Assembly: GCA_041497895.1 (NCBI GenBank)
Contig: JBGQHJ010000001.1
Span: 32,001-96,000, forward strand
Source of the DNA: Candidatus Methylomirabilia bacterium
Lineage (GTDB): Bacteria; Methylomirabilota; Methylomirabilia; Rokubacteriales; CSP1-6
Direction of reading: 5' to 3'
DNA: 64,000 nt
Position numbers and translations under genes: made by a program. Position 1 is the first letter of the stretch. Each line of letters starts with the position of its first letter. Below, piece after piece: positions 46,882 to 56,909 of the stretch. Below the pieces are notes generated by a model that had not been told where the DNA came from, made no database searches, and saw nothing but the letters and a program-made list of their open reading frames with translations.

Positions 46882-48441
46882 ATGATCCTCCGTCACAGTC
46901 GTCGCGCGATCCAGGCCGGTCTGCTCGGCATCGCCCTGCTGCTCGTCCTGCCGGTGGGTCACGGCCCCGACCGAGCACGCGCCCAGGCCCGGCCGGAGGG
47001 GGAGATGCGCTGGGCCCTCTACGTGACCCTCTCCCCGGCCTGGTTCGATCCGGCGGAGGTGGTGGGCGTCATCACCCCGTTCTGGGTGCTCTTCGCGATG
47101 CACGACGCGCTGGTCAAGCCGATGCCGGGCGGCATGCTGACCCCGAGCCTCGCCGAGTCGTGGAAGGTGAGCCCGGACCACCGCGTGTACGAGTTCAAGC
47201 TGCGCGAGGGGCTCAAGTTCCACAACGGCGACCCGTTCACCGCGGACGACGTCAAGTTCAGCTTCCTGCGGGCCAAGGGGGCCCGGATCCTCCAGGAGAA
47301 GGTGAAGGACATCGAGATCGCGGGGCCCTACCGGGTGCGCTTCCACCTGCACGAGCCCTGGCCCGACTTCATGACCTTCTACGGGACGTTCGCCACCGGC
47401 GCGGGCTGGATCGTTCCCAAGAAGTACATGGAGCAGGTGGGGCCCGACGGCTTCAAGAAGAACCCGGTCGGGCTCGGGCCCTACAAGTTCGTCAGCCACA
47501 CCCCGGGCGTGGAGCTCGTGATGGAGGCCAACGAGACCTACTGGCGCAAGATGCCCTCGGTGAAGCGGCTCGTCTACAAGAGCGTGCCGGAGGCGACCAC
47601 CCGCCTGGCCATGCTCAAGCGCGGCGAGGTCGATCTGGCCTACCTGCTCGACGCCCCGCAGGCCCTCGAGGTGAAGCGCGATCCCAACTTCAAGCTCGCG
47701 TTCTCGGGCGGCATCGGGACGTTCTACCTGGACTTCCTCGACCAGGCCGATCCGAAGTCGCCGTGGCACGACCGCCGGGTCCGGCTCGCGGCCAGCCACG
47801 CGATGGACCGCAAGGCGCTGAGCGAGGCCGAAACCCTCGGGGCCTCCCGGCCCACCGGCAGCATGATCCCGCCCAAGTTCGAGTTCGCGCTGCCGCTCGA
47901 GCCGCATCCCTACAACCCGGCCCGCGCCAAGCAGCTGCTGGCCGAGGCGGGGTACCCGAACGGCTTCGACGCGGGCGATCTCTACCCGTGGCCGCCGTAC
48001 ACCACGATGGGGGAGGCGGTCGGCGGGTACCTGGGCGCGGTGGGGATCAAGGTGCGCCTGCGGACGATGGAGCGGGCCGCCTTCTACTCGACGCTGGCCT
48101 CGAAGAAGATCCACGGGCTCTGCGTGTGCATCAACGCGGTCTACGGCAACGCCGCCTCCCGGATGGCCGAGACGGTGCCGAGCGACGGCGCGTTCTCCTA
48201 CGCGGGCGAGGCCGACATCGACGCGCTCTACAAGCAGCAGAGCCGGGAGACCGACCCCCGCAAGCGGGAGGCGCTGCTGCACCAGATCCAGCGGACCCTC
48301 CACGAGCGGGTCCGCTTCGCGCCGATCATGGACTTCATCTGGCCGAGCGGGGTGAGTACCCGGGTGGCCGAGCCCGCCCTGATGCTGATCGATCCCTACC
48401 CCTGGTCGGCGCCCCTGGAGGACGTGCGGCTCAAGAAGTGA
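46882..48441 (+). CDS. ABC transporter substrate-binding protein family 5
   Basis: PSLAESW, FKLREGLKFHNG, PVGLGPYKF, DRRVRLA, AKQLLAEAGYPNGF. Confidence 0.92.
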   Translation: MILRHSRRAIQAGLLGIALLLVLPVGHGPDRARAQARPEGEMRWALYVTLSPAWFDPAEVVGVITPFWVLFAMHDALVKPMPGGMLTPSLAESWKVSPDHRVYEFKLREGLKFHNGDPFTADDVKFSFLRAKGARILQEKVKDIEIAGPYRVRFHLHEPWPDFMTFYGTFATGAGWIVPKKYMEQVGPDGFKKNPVGLGPYKFVSHTPGVELVMEANETYWRKMPSVKRLVYKSVPEATTRLAMLKRGEVDLAYLLDAPQALEVKRDPNFKLAFSGGIGTFYLDFLDQADPKSPWHDRRVRLAASHAMDRKALSEAETLGASRPTGSMIPPKFEFALPLEPHPYNPARAKQLLAEAGYPNGFDAGDLYPWPPYTTMGEAVGGYLGAVGIKVRLRTMERAAFYSTLASKKIHGLCVCINAVYGNAASRMAETVPSDGAFSYAGEADIDALYKQQSRETDPRKREALLHQIQRTLHERVRFAPIMDFIWPSGVSTRVAEPALMLIDPYPWSAPLEDVRLKK

Positions 48442-48856
48442 CGCGCCCGGGCCGGGTCAGCCGGCGCCGGCCCTCGGCCGCGAGCAGCTCGTTGGTGGCG
48501 CGCAGCTTGACCGAGAGATCGCGGATGATTGCCACCGCCAGGGTCGGGTTGGTGCGCACCAGGTGGTGGAGCCGCTTCGCCGGGATGACCACCAGCGTGA
48601 CCAGCTCGGCGGCCACCGCGGTCGCCGAGCGGGGGGAGCTGCCGAAGAGCCCGAGCTCGCCCAGGAGCTCGCCCTTGACGTAGGTCCGCAGCAGGCGCTG
48701 CTCGTCGGCCACCGCCTTTCGGACGTCGACCCGGCCCGCGTGGACCAGGTAGGCCTCGTCCCGCGGATCGTCGCCCTCGCGGAAGATCACCTCGCCCGCG
48801 CGGAACACGCGGGTCTGGACGTTTCCCGGTTTGGGGGTCCCCGGCTTGGAGTTCAT
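48431..48856 (-). CDS. Stand-alone cyclic nucleotide-binding domain protein
   Basis: GEVIFREGD, GELLGELGL...PRSATAVA phosphate-binding cassette. Confidence 0.85.
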   Translation of the reverse strand: MNSKPGTPKPGNVQTRVFRAGEVIFREGDDPRDEAYLVHAGRVDVRKAVADEQRLLRTYVKGELLGELGLFGSSPRSATAVAAELVTLVVIPAKRLHHLVRTNPTLAVAIIRDLSVKLRATNELLAAEGRRRLTRPGRVTS

Positions 48857-48911
48857 GGTCTTCAACCCCCCTATAATAAGCGGTGCGACCGACGAATACC
48901 GGAGGGAACGG

Positions 48912-49661
48912 ATGCGACTCGCGGGCAAGGTGGCGCTGGTCACGGGCGGGCAGCAGGGAATCGGCCGGGCCATCGCGCTGGCCATGGCGGGCGAGGGCGC
49001 GGATGTCGGGCTGAACTTCCTCGACGACCCGGCGGCGGCCGAGGGCGTGGCCGGAGAGATCCGGGGGCTCGGGCGCCGGGCGCTCACCGTCAAGGGCGAC
49101 GTCGCGCGGGCCGCGGACGTGCAGGCGCTGGTCGCCGCGGTCACCGGTGGCCTCGGGCCGCCCGACGTCCTGGTCAACAACGCGGGCGTCTTCCCCCGCT
49201 CGCCGTTCCTCGAGCTGACCGAGCGCGAGTGGGATCACGTGCTGGGCGTGAACCTCAAGGGCGGCTTCCTCTGCGCCCAGGCGGTGGCGCGCGCGATGGT
49301 GGCCGCGGGCCGGGCCGGGGCCATCGTCAACATCTCCTCGTCGGCGGTCCGCGGCGACCCGCGGGGCGTGCACTACTCGGCGAGCAAGGCGGGGGTGATC
49401 GGCCTCACGCGCGCGATGGCGCTGGCCCTGGCGCCGCACCGCATCCGGGTCAACGCCATCGCGCCCGGGCTCACCGACACCGCGCAGCCGCGCTACGGCA
49501 ACACCGAGGACCAGATCGCGGCCCGCGCGCGCGAGATCCCGCTCGGGCGAATGGCCCGGCCGGAGGAGATCGCGCGGGTCGCGGTCTTCCTCGCCTCCGA
49601 GGACGCGAGCCAGATCACCGGTGAGCTGATCCACGTCAACGGGGGGGCCTACCTGGCCTGA
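48912..49661 (+). CDS. SDR family oxidoreductase (FabG-like)
   Basis: TGGQQGIG, VNNAG, YSASK, IRVNAIAPG; TATAAT at 48872, RBS GGAGG. Confidence 0.92.
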   Translation: MRLAGKVALVTGGQQGIGRAIALAMAGEGADVGLNFLDDPAAAEGVAGEIRGLGRRALTVKGDVARAADVQALVAAVTGGLGPPDVLVNNAGVFPRSPFLELTEREWDHVLGVNLKGGFLCAQAVARAMVAAGRAGAIVNISSSAVRGDPRGVHYSASKAGVIGLTRAMALALAPHRIRVNAIAPGLTDTAQPRYGNTEDQIAARAREIPLGRMARPEEIARVAVFLASEDASQITGELIHVNGGAYLA

Positions 49662-49685
49662 GGCGGCCGGGCGGCAGCGCGCGCG

Positions 49686-50810
49686 ATGTGCGGATCGGCG
49701 GAGGACGCGGCGGGCGTGGGCCTGACGCGGCGGCGGCTCCTGGCCGGGGCCGGCGCGGCCCTCGGCGCGGCGGCGCTCGGCGGCTGCGCGGGCATCCACC
49801 GCCGGCGTCTCGACGAGCTCGACCCGCGGGTGCCCGCCCTGCTCGCCGCCACCACGTCGGTGGACTTCCACACCCACGCCGCCGGCGCGGGCTACGCGCG
49901 GGCGCCGCGCTTCGACCTGGCCGATCACATGCGGCGCGGCCGGCTCAGCGCGGTCTGCCTGTGCCACTCGGCCGACGGCCCGGTCATCCGGCGCCCGGTG
50001 GGCGGGGGGCGCATCCGCCAGTACCGCGACCCGGCCGAGGGCGAGCTGCGCGCTCACACCGAGCGGCGGCTCGCGTTCATGGACGCGCTGGTGGCGCAGC
50101 ACGGCATGACCCGCGTGCTGACCCCGGACGATCTCGAGGCGGCGCGCGCGGCCGGGCAGCCCGCGCTCATCGGCACGATCGAGGGCTGCCAGTTCATGGA
50201 CGGCCGGCTCGAGCGCGTGCGCGAGGTGTACGACCGCGGGGTCCGGCACCTCCAGCTCGTGCACTACATGCCGAGCGATCTCGGCGACCAGCAGACCGAG
50301 GACCCCCGCTGGGGCGGGCTGAGCCCGCTCGGCGCCGACGTCATCCGCGAATGCAACCGGCTCGGCATCGTGGTGGACGTGGCCCACGGCACCCACGCGC
50401 TGGTGCAGCAGGCCGCCACGGTGACCACCACGCCCTTCGTGCTCTCGCACACCTCGCTCGCCCGCGGTCCCCTCGGCGCCTACACGCGGCTGATCTCGGC
50501 CGAGCACGCGCGGCTCATGGCCCAGGTGGGCGGGGTCATCGGGGTGTGGCCGAGCGGCTTCTCGTTCGTGGACGCGCGGGACTGGGTGGGCGGCATCGCC
50601 CGCATGGTCGACGCGGCCGGGGTGGATCACGTGGGCATCGGCACCGACATGGAGGGCGGCGTGAACGAGGTGTGGGACGACTACGCGGACCTGCCCGCGG
50701 TGGCCGATCTCCTGCTCCGGCAGGGCTTCAGCCCGGCCGAGGCCGGGAAGCTGCTCGGCGGCAACTACGTGCGGGTGTTCCGCGCGGCGGCGGCGGCCCG
50801 GCGCGCCTGA
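49686..50810 (+). CDS. Membrane dipeptidase (M19)-like protein, Tat lipoprotein
   Basis: TRRRLL...LGGC; IEG, QLVHY, VDVAH, LSHT, GVDHVGIGTD, LGGNYVRV. Confidence 0.85.
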   Translation: MCGSAEDAAGVGLTRRRLLAGAGAALGAAALGGCAGIHRRRLDELDPRVPALLAATTSVDFHTHAAGAGYARAPRFDLADHMRRGRLSAVCLCHSADGPVIRRPVGGGRIRQYRDPAEGELRAHTERRLAFMDALVAQHGMTRVLTPDDLEAARAAGQPALIGTIEGCQFMDGRLERVREVYDRGVRHLQLVHYMPSDLGDQQTEDPRWGGLSPLGADVIRECNRLGIVVDVAHGTHALVQQAATVTTTPFVLSHTSLARGPLGAYTRLISAEHARLMAQVGGVIGVWPSGFSFVDARDWVGGIARMVDAAGVDHVGIGTDMEGGVNEVWDDYADLPAVADLLLRQGFSPAEAGKLLGGNYVRVFRAAAAARRA

Positions 50811-50858
50811 GCGCGCCTCCGGCTGGCGCGCGGTGGTAGGCTCGACTCCGGAGGACCC

Positions 50859-51239
50859 ATGACCATGGCCAGAGGACCTGTCGTCAATCCGCAGATCACC
50901 ATCGAGCCGAATCCGAACCGGGTGATCGTCCGGCTGGACGGGGTGATCATCGCCGACTCCACCCGCGCGCTCGTGATGCGCGCGCCCGGTACCCCCGACC
51001 AGCAGTACATCCCGCGCGAGGACGTGGACATGGCCCGGCTCTCGCGCACGACCCACGCCACCCACTGCCCGTACAAGGGCGACGCGTCCTACTGGACGAT
51101 CCAGGGGAAGGGGCGCGAGGTCCCGAACGGGGTGTGGAGCTACGAGGCGCCGTACGAGGCGATGGCGCCCATCAAGGGCCACCTCGCGTTCTACGTCGAC
51201 CGGGTGGACCCGCTCGAGGAGCGGCCCGTCTCGGCCTGA
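50859..51239 (+). CDS. DUF427 family protein
   Basis: YIPREDV, THCPYKGDASYW, WSYE, HLAFY. Confidence 0.88.
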   Translation: MTMARGPVVNPQITIEPNPNRVIVRLDGVIIADSTRALVMRAPGTPDQQYIPREDVDMARLSRTTHATHCPYKGDASYWTIQGKGREVPNGVWSYEAPYEAMAPIKGHLAFYVDRVDPLEERPVSA

Positions 51240-51312
51240 CGCCGGCCTCCCGGCCGGGGGGCGGTGCGCCCATCAGCTTCCTGGGCTAGAATCCGCCCGG
51301 GAGGCAACCTAC

Positions 51313-51720
51313 ATGAGCGACCCCCGGGTGGTCCGGCTCGACGAGACCGAGCGCGTGAGCTTCGGCCCGCTGTCCCACTACCAGCCCATCATCGGCGACG
51401 ACGCGGGCAGCACGCCGCTCCGCACCGGCATCCAGACCGCGCGGCCGGGCTACGTGGCGCCGGTGCACTCGCACCCGTACCTCGAGGTCCTGCACATCCT
51501 CGACGGGAGCGCGGAGGCGTGGATCGACGGCCAGGAGGATCGCGCGGTGGTGCTGCGGAAGGGCGACACGATCGCGCTGCCGCCCCACACCCCGCACTCG
51601 TTCCGGGTGGTGGGGGACCAGGAGCTGCGCCTGCTCGGCACGCACGCCTCGCCGACCCGGATCGTCGACTACAAGGACGGGGGCGCGAGCGACGCGCACG
51701 GCTACCGGGTGCAGGAGTGA
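51313..51720 (+). CDS. Cupin domain protein
   Basis: HSHPYLE...G, GDTIALPPHTPHSF. Confidence 0.85.
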   Translation: MSDPRVVRLDETERVSFGPLSHYQPIIGDDAGSTPLRTGIQTARPGYVAPVHSHPYLEVLHILDGSAEAWIDGQEDRAVVLRKGDTIALPPHTPHSFRVVGDQELRLLGTHASPTRIVDYKDGGASDAHGYRVQE

Positions 51721-51724
51721 TCGC

Positions 51725-52543
51725 GTGAGGCTCGGGGTCAGCGTCCCGACGGCGCGCCCGGACGGCGCCCCGCTCACCGGGAGGGCGCTGGTCGGCAGCG
51801 CGCGCCACATCGAGCAGGCCGGCTTCGACAGCGCGTGGTTCTTCGACGCGATCGGCCGCGGCTTCATGCTGCCCGATCCGCTCATCGGCGCCTCGGTCGC
51901 GGCCGCGGTGACCACGCGCATCGAGATCGGGACCGGCGTGCTGCAGGTTCCGCTGCGCAACCCGGTGGAGCTGGCGCACCGCATCCTCACCGCGCACCTG
52001 ATCTGCGGGGGCCGCCTCCTGCTCGGGGTCGGCGCGGGCTCGACGCCCGGCGACTTCGAGGCCCTCGGCCTCGACTTCACCCGGCGCATGCGCACGCTCG
52101 AGGAGTCGCTCGCGACGATGCGTCGGCTCTGGCGGGGAGAGAGGGTCGGCGCCGCCGACCTCACTCCGTGGCCGGCCGCGGTCGGCGGCCCCGCGGTGCT
52201 GATCGGCAGCTGGAAGGGCGAGCGCTGGATCCCGCGGGCGGCCCGCGAGTTCGACGGCTGGATCGCCTCGGGGGCCAAGACCAGCCTCCAGGCGCTCGCC
52301 GAGGGGATCGGCCGCTACCGCGCCGCGGGCGGCAAGCGGGCGATCGTGACCAACATCGCGGTGGATCTCTCCGCGCCCACCGAGCCACTGCCGGACAGCG
52401 CGCCCTTCCACCTGCGCTGCGCCCCGGACGCGGCGGCCCGGCGGCTGCAACAGGTGCGCGACCTGGGCTTCGACGACGCCATCCTCGTGCTCAAGACGCC
52501 GACCGAGGCGGGGCTCGCCGCGGCGCGCGCCCTTCTCCGCTGA
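51725..52543 (+). CDS. LLM-class flavin-dependent oxidoreductase
   Basis: EQAGFDSAW, RNPVELA, GGRLLLGVGAG, DGW. Confidence 0.85.
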   Translation: MRLGVSVPTARPDGAPLTGRALVGSARHIEQAGFDSAWFFDAIGRGFMLPDPLIGASVAAAVTTRIEIGTGVLQVPLRNPVELAHRILTAHLICGGRLLLGVGAGSTPGDFEALGLDFTRRMRTLEESLATMRRLWRGERVGAADLTPWPAAVGGPAVLIGSWKGERWIPRAAREFDGWIASGAKTSLQALAEGIGRYRAAGGKRAIVTNIAVDLSAPTEPLPDSAPFHLRCAPDAAARRLQQVRDLGFDDAILVLKTPTEAGLAAARALLR

Positions 52544-52551
52544 GCCGGGCC

Positions 52552-53751
52552 ATGACCCGAACTGCGGACGTGGTGGTGATCGGTGGCGGCGTCAACGGCG
52601 TGAGCATCGCCCACGCGCTGGCCGGCCGGGGCGTGCGCGTCGTGCTGGTGGAGAAGGGCGCGCTCGCGAGCGGAGCCTCGGGGCGGTCGAGCGCGCTCGT
52701 CCGCATGCACTACACCAACGAGTGGGACGCGCGCCTGGCCTGGGCGAGCTTCCCGGTCTTCCGGAACTGGCCCGAGCTGATGGGCGGGCCGCCGGTGTTC
52801 ACCCACACCGGCTTCGTCAACGTGGTGGGCCCCGCCCACGGGGAGAACCTGCGGCGCAACGTGGCGATGCTCCAGGGCATCGGCGTGCCGACGCGCGCGA
52901 TCACGCCCGACGAGCTGCGCGCGCTCCAGCCCTTCGCCCACGTGGACGACGTGGGCGCGGCCGCCTACGAGCCGGAGAGCGGCTATGCCGATCCGGCCGA
53001 GACCGTCGAGGGCTTCCGCCGCCGGGCCACCGAGCTGGGCGCGCGGATCCTGCCGTGGACGGCGGTGACGCGCATCGACCGCGGCGAGAGCCGCGTGCGG
53101 GGTGTGGAGACCACGGCCGGGCGCATCGAGGCCGGGAGCGTGGTGGTGGCCGCGGGTGCCTGGTCGCGCCGTCTCTGCCAGGAGATGGGGCTCGCGCTGC
53201 CCGCGCGGCCCAAGGCCATCGACACGGTGGCGGTGAGCCGACCCGCCGAGCTGCGCGAGCCGCACATGGTCTTCATCGACAACGTGCTCGGCAACTACTT
53301 CCGCCCGGAGGCGGGCGGCCTCACCCTGGTCGGGGTGCCGTGCCAGGAGTGGGACATCGATCCGGACACGCTCGGCACCGGGCTGCCGCCCGAGGCGGCC
53401 GGCCTCGGCGCGGCGCTGCTCACGCATCGCATCCCGGCGATGGAGCGCGCCACGCTGGCCCGCGGCTACCGCGCCTTCGACGGCTACAGCCCGGATCGTC
53501 ACGCGATCCTGGGCGCGGTCGACGGCATCGACGGCCTCTACCTGGCCACCGCCTTCAGCGGCTCCGGCTTCAAGATCGCGCCCGCGGTGGGCGCGTGCAT
53601 GGCCGAGCTGATCACGGATGGCCGGGCCAAGACGGTCGACATCGAGCCCTTCGGACTCGCGCGCTTCGCGGCCGGCCGGCCGGTGGCGACGCCGCACCCG
53701 TACGCGGTCCGGCCCGACCACGTCGATCCGGCCGCGGCCGGGCGCGCGTGA
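52552..53751 (+). CDS. FAD-dependent oxidoreductase (DAO / sarcosine oxidase beta family)
   Basis: IGGGVNG, GASGRS, VVAAGAW, SPD, FSGSGFKIAPAVG. Confidence 0.9.
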   Translation: MTRTADVVVIGGGVNGVSIAHALAGRGVRVVLVEKGALASGASGRSSALVRMHYTNEWDARLAWASFPVFRNWPELMGGPPVFTHTGFVNVVGPAHGENLRRNVAMLQGIGVPTRAITPDELRALQPFAHVDDVGAAAYEPESGYADPAETVEGFRRRATELGARILPWTAVTRIDRGESRVRGVETTAGRIEAGSVVVAAGAWSRRLCQEMGLALPARPKAIDTVAVSRPAELREPHMVFIDNVLGNYFRPEAGGLTLVGVPCQEWDIDPDTLGTGLPPEAAGLGAALLTHRIPAMERATLARGYRAFDGYSPDRHAILGAVDGIDGLYLATAFSGSGFKIAPAVGACMAELITDGRAKTVDIEPFGLARFAAGRPVATPHPYAVRPDHVDPAAAGRA

Positions 53752-54473
53752 TCGACGGCGCGGCCGCCGGCCGCCCGCCCGGCGTCGAGTTCCACACCTT
53801 CACGGTGGTCGGCCGCTGCCGCCGCACCGGGCGCCTGGGCGTCGGCACCGCGACGCGCTCGCTCGCGGTCGGGGCCCGGGTGCCGCACGTGCGGGCCGGG
53901 CTCGGCGCGGTCGCGATCATGGCCATCGCCGACGCGCGCCTGGGCCAGATGGCGCTCCGGCTCCTCGAGCTGGGCTACAAGGCGCCCGCGGTGGTGGAAG
54001 AGCTGGTGCGCGCCGACCCCTACGCGGAGTATCGCCAGCTCGGGGTCATCGACGGCGACGGCTTCGCGGCCGCGCGCACCGGGCAGAAGAACCGCGAGTG
54101 GGCCGGCCAGCGCGTGCGCGAGGACCACATCGTGCTCGGCAACTATCTGACCGGCGAGCACATCCTCGAGGCGATGGAGCGCGCGTTCACCGCGCATCCC
54201 GACGAGGACCTAGAGGAGCGGCTGTTGCGCGGCATCGAGGCGGGCCGGGACGCGGGGGGCCAGCACGGCGGCCAGCAGTCCGCGGCCCTGCTGGTCTACG
54301 AGGACCGCTCGTTCGCGCACGTGGACCTCCGCGTCGACGTGCACCCGGAGCCGGTCGGCGAGCTGCGTCGAGTGTTCGACGCCTACCGCCCCGCGATCCC
54401 GTACTACAACCTGCGCCAGGTCGACGCGCGGGTCCCGCCGCTGCCCGACTGGCTGCGCGACCGGTCGCGCTGA
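53748..54473 (+). CDS. DUF1028 family (Ntn-hydrolase-like) protein
   Basis: HTFTVVGR, LAVGARVP, RQLGVID, GN.L, SAALLV, DLRVDVHPEPVGELRR. Confidence 0.85.
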   Translation: MIDGAAAGRPPGVEFHTFTVVGRCRRTGRLGVGTATRSLAVGARVPHVRAGLGAVAIMAIADARLGQMALRLLELGYKAPAVVEELVRADPYAEYRQLGVIDGDGFAAARTGQKNREWAGQRVREDHIVLGNYLTGEHILEAMERAFTAHPDEDLEERLLRGIEAGRDAGGQHGGQQSAALLVYEDRSFAHVDLRVDVHPEPVGELRRVFDAYRPAIPYYNLRQVDARVPPLPDWLRDRSR

Positions 54474-54486
54474 GGCTCCGCGGCCG

Positions 54487-56850
54487 TCAGCGCGCGGCGG
54501 CGCGGATCGCGCGCCACACGCGCTCCGGGGTCACCGGCATCTCGAGGTGCTCCACGCCCAGCTCGGCGAGGGCGTCGACCAACGCGTTGACCACCGCGCC
54601 GAGCGCCGGGGTGGTCCCGCCCTCGCCGCCGCCGCGGAGCCCGAGCGGGTTCGAGGTCGACTCGACCTCGCTGATCTCGGTCGCGAACGACGGCAGCAGG
54701 TCGGCGCGCGGCATCGCGTAATCCATGAAGGTGGCGGAGCGGAGCTGGCCCGACTCCGGGTCGTAGTCGGAGAGCTCCCAGAGCGCCTGGCCCACCCCCT
54801 GCGCGATGCCCCCGTGCGTCTGGCCGTGCACGATGAGCGGGTTGATGGCGCGCCCCACGTCGTCCACGCTGCTGTAGCGGACGATCTCGACCTCGCCGGT
54901 CTCCGGGTCGACCTCGACCTCGCAGACCGCCGAGCCGTAGGGGAAGGACGGCGTGCTCACCGTCTCGTCGCACTCGCCCTCGAGCGGGCCGCGCAGGTCG
55001 GCCGGCGCGTCGTCCCGGAGCGCGGCGGCCGCGACCGCGAAGAGATCGACCGCGCGGTCGGTCCCGCGGACGCGGAAGCGCCGCGCGGCGAACTCCACGT
55101 CCTCCACCGCGGACTCGAGCAGCCAGGCCGCGAGCCGGGCTCCCCGCGCCACGAGCCGGTCGGAGGCCTTGGCCATCACCACTCCGCCCAGGCGCATGGA
55201 GCGTCCGGAGTGCGAGCCGCCGCCGACCGCGACCCGGTCGGTGTCGCCCGCGATGAGGCGGACGAGCGAAGGCTCCACGCCGAGCCATTCCGCGATGAGC
55301 TGGGCGAACGCGGTCTCGTGGCCCTGGCCCGCCGAGAGCGTGCCGATGACCACGTCGATCCAGCCGTCCGGCTGCGCGGTGACCTGCGCGCGCTCGCGCG
55401 GGGCGCCGGTCGCGATCTCGATGTAGTTGGCGAGCCCGATGCCGCGGTAGCGTCCCCGCCGGTGCGCCTCCGCGCGACGGGCCTCGAAGCCGGCCCAGTC
55501 GGCGAGCGCGAGCACGCGGTCCTGCGCGGCCGGGTAGTCGCCGCTGTCGTAGACGATGCCGAAGGGATTGGTGTAGGGCATCGCGCCGGGCGGGATCAGG
55601 TTGCGTCGCCGCAGCGCCACCCGGTCGAAGCCGTGGCGGCGGGCGGCCAGGTCGATCAGCCGCTCCATCACGAACATCACCTGCGGCCGGCCCGCGCTGC
55701 GGTAGGCGGAGAGCGGCGAGGTGTTGCTGTGCACCGCACGGCCGCGGACCGCCGCGACCGGCAGGCGGTAGACGGTCGTGGAGAGCTCGCGGCCCTTGTT
55801 GAGCGGCACGAAGGTCACCGCGTGCGCGCCCACGTTACTCGTGTTGGTGCCGCGCAGGGCGAGGAACGTCCCGTCCGCGTCGAGGGCCAGCTCCATGGTC
55901 GAGACCAGATCGCGCGCCTGGTAGTCGGAGAGGAACATCTCCCGCCGGTCGCCCGTCCACTTGACCGGCCGGCCGAGCCGGCGGGCCGCCCAGGCCACCA
56001 GCGAGTACTCGGGGTAGGAGCTGTTGCGGGTGCCGTAGTTGCCGCCGACGTCCTGGGCCACCACGCGCACACTGGCCTCGGGCACCCGGAGCACCTCGGC
56101 GAGATCGCTCTTGAGGCGCACCGAGCCGCCCGAGCCCGCGTAGAGGGTGTAGCGCCCGGTCGCCGCGTCGTGGACGCCGAGCGCCGCGCGCGGCTCCATC
56201 GGCACCCCGGTGATGCGCGGCACCCAGGTGTCGAGCCGCACCACGTGGGCGGCGGTCGCGAAGGCGGCGTCGGCCGCGCGCGCGTCGCCGGCCAGCGAGT
56301 CGACGCACACGTTGCTCCCGAGCTCGTCCCAGAGCACCGGCGCGCCGGATCCAGCCGCGTCGCGGGTGACCGCCACCGACGGCAGTGGCTCCCAGTCGAC
56401 GTGGACGTGCAGGGCCGCGTCGGCGGCCAGGGCGGCGGTCTCCGCGACCACCATCGCCACCGCCTCGCCCGGGAAACGGGCCCGGTCGACGGGCAGCGGC
56501 GGGTAGGGCGCGACGAAGATCGGCGCGCCCCCGGCACCGCCGAGGGGGAACTCGTTCGGGTTGGTGGGCACCGGGCGATGGGGGAGGTCCGCGAGGCCGT
56601 CGTCGGCCGCGTCGCGCCCGGTGAGCACCGCGAGCACGCCGGGCGCGGCGAGCGCGGCGGCCGCGTCGATCGCCCGGATGCGGGCGTGCGGGTGCGGCGA
56701 CCGCACGAAGCACGCATACGCCTGCCCGGGCAGGGCGACGTCGTCGCTGAAGCGACCGCGGCCGGTGATGAGGCGGGGATCTTCCTGACGCTTCAGCGGC
56801 GTGCCGAAGCCCCGGGGCACCGCGCGGGCGCGGGAGGCGAGGAAGCTCAT
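54487..56850 (-). CDS. Xanthine dehydrogenase-family molybdopterin-binding subunit (stand-alone)
   Basis: EDPRLITGRG, RSPHPHARI, VGGNYG, AYRSAGRP, GQGHET, GGGSHSGRS, RGGGEGG. Confidence 0.92.
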   Translation of the reverse strand: MSFLASRARAVPRGFGTPLKRQEDPRLITGRGRFSDDVALPGQAYACFVRSPHPHARIRAIDAAAALAAPGVLAVLTGRDAADDGLADLPHRPVPTNPNEFPLGGAGGAPIFVAPYPPLPVDRARFPGEAVAMVVAETAALAADAALHVHVDWEPLPSVAVTRDAAGSGAPVLWDELGSNVCVDSLAGDARAADAAFATAAHVVRLDTWVPRITGVPMEPRAALGVHDAATGRYTLYAGSGGSVRLKSDLAEVLRVPEASVRVVAQDVGGNYGTRNSSYPEYSLVAWAARRLGRPVKWTGDRREMFLSDYQARDLVSTMELALDADGTFLALRGTNTSNVGAHAVTFVPLNKGRELSTTVYRLPVAAVRGRAVHSNTSPLSAYRSAGRPQVMFVMERLIDLAARRHGFDRVALRRRNLIPPGAMPYTNPFGIVYDSGDYPAAQDRVLALADWAGFEARRAEAHRRGRYRGIGLANYIEIATGAPRERAQVTAQPDGWIDVVIGTLSAGQGHETAFAQLIAEWLGVEPSLVRLIAGDTDRVAVGGGSHSGRSMRLGGVVMAKASDRLVARGARLAAWLLESAVEDVEFAARRFRVRGTDRAVDLFAVAAAALRDDAPADLRGPLEGECDETVSTPSFPYGSAVCEVEVDPETGEVEIVRYSSVDDVGRAINPLIVHGQTHGGIAQGVGQALWELSDYDPESGQLRSATFMDYAMPRADLLPSFATEISEVESTSNPLGLRGGGEGGTTPALGAVVNALVDALAELGVEHLEMPVTPERVWRAIRAAAR

Positions 56851-56909
56851 GGGCGGCCCGTCATCTTACCGCTTGCGCCGGGCTCACCGAGACGGTAAAC
56901 AGACCGGGC

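Noticed and set aside
43173..48441. Defective ABC system (no ATPase genes), likewise the lone dctP and lone Mo subunit
   Set aside because: Partner subunits are commonly encoded elsewhere; the genes look intact
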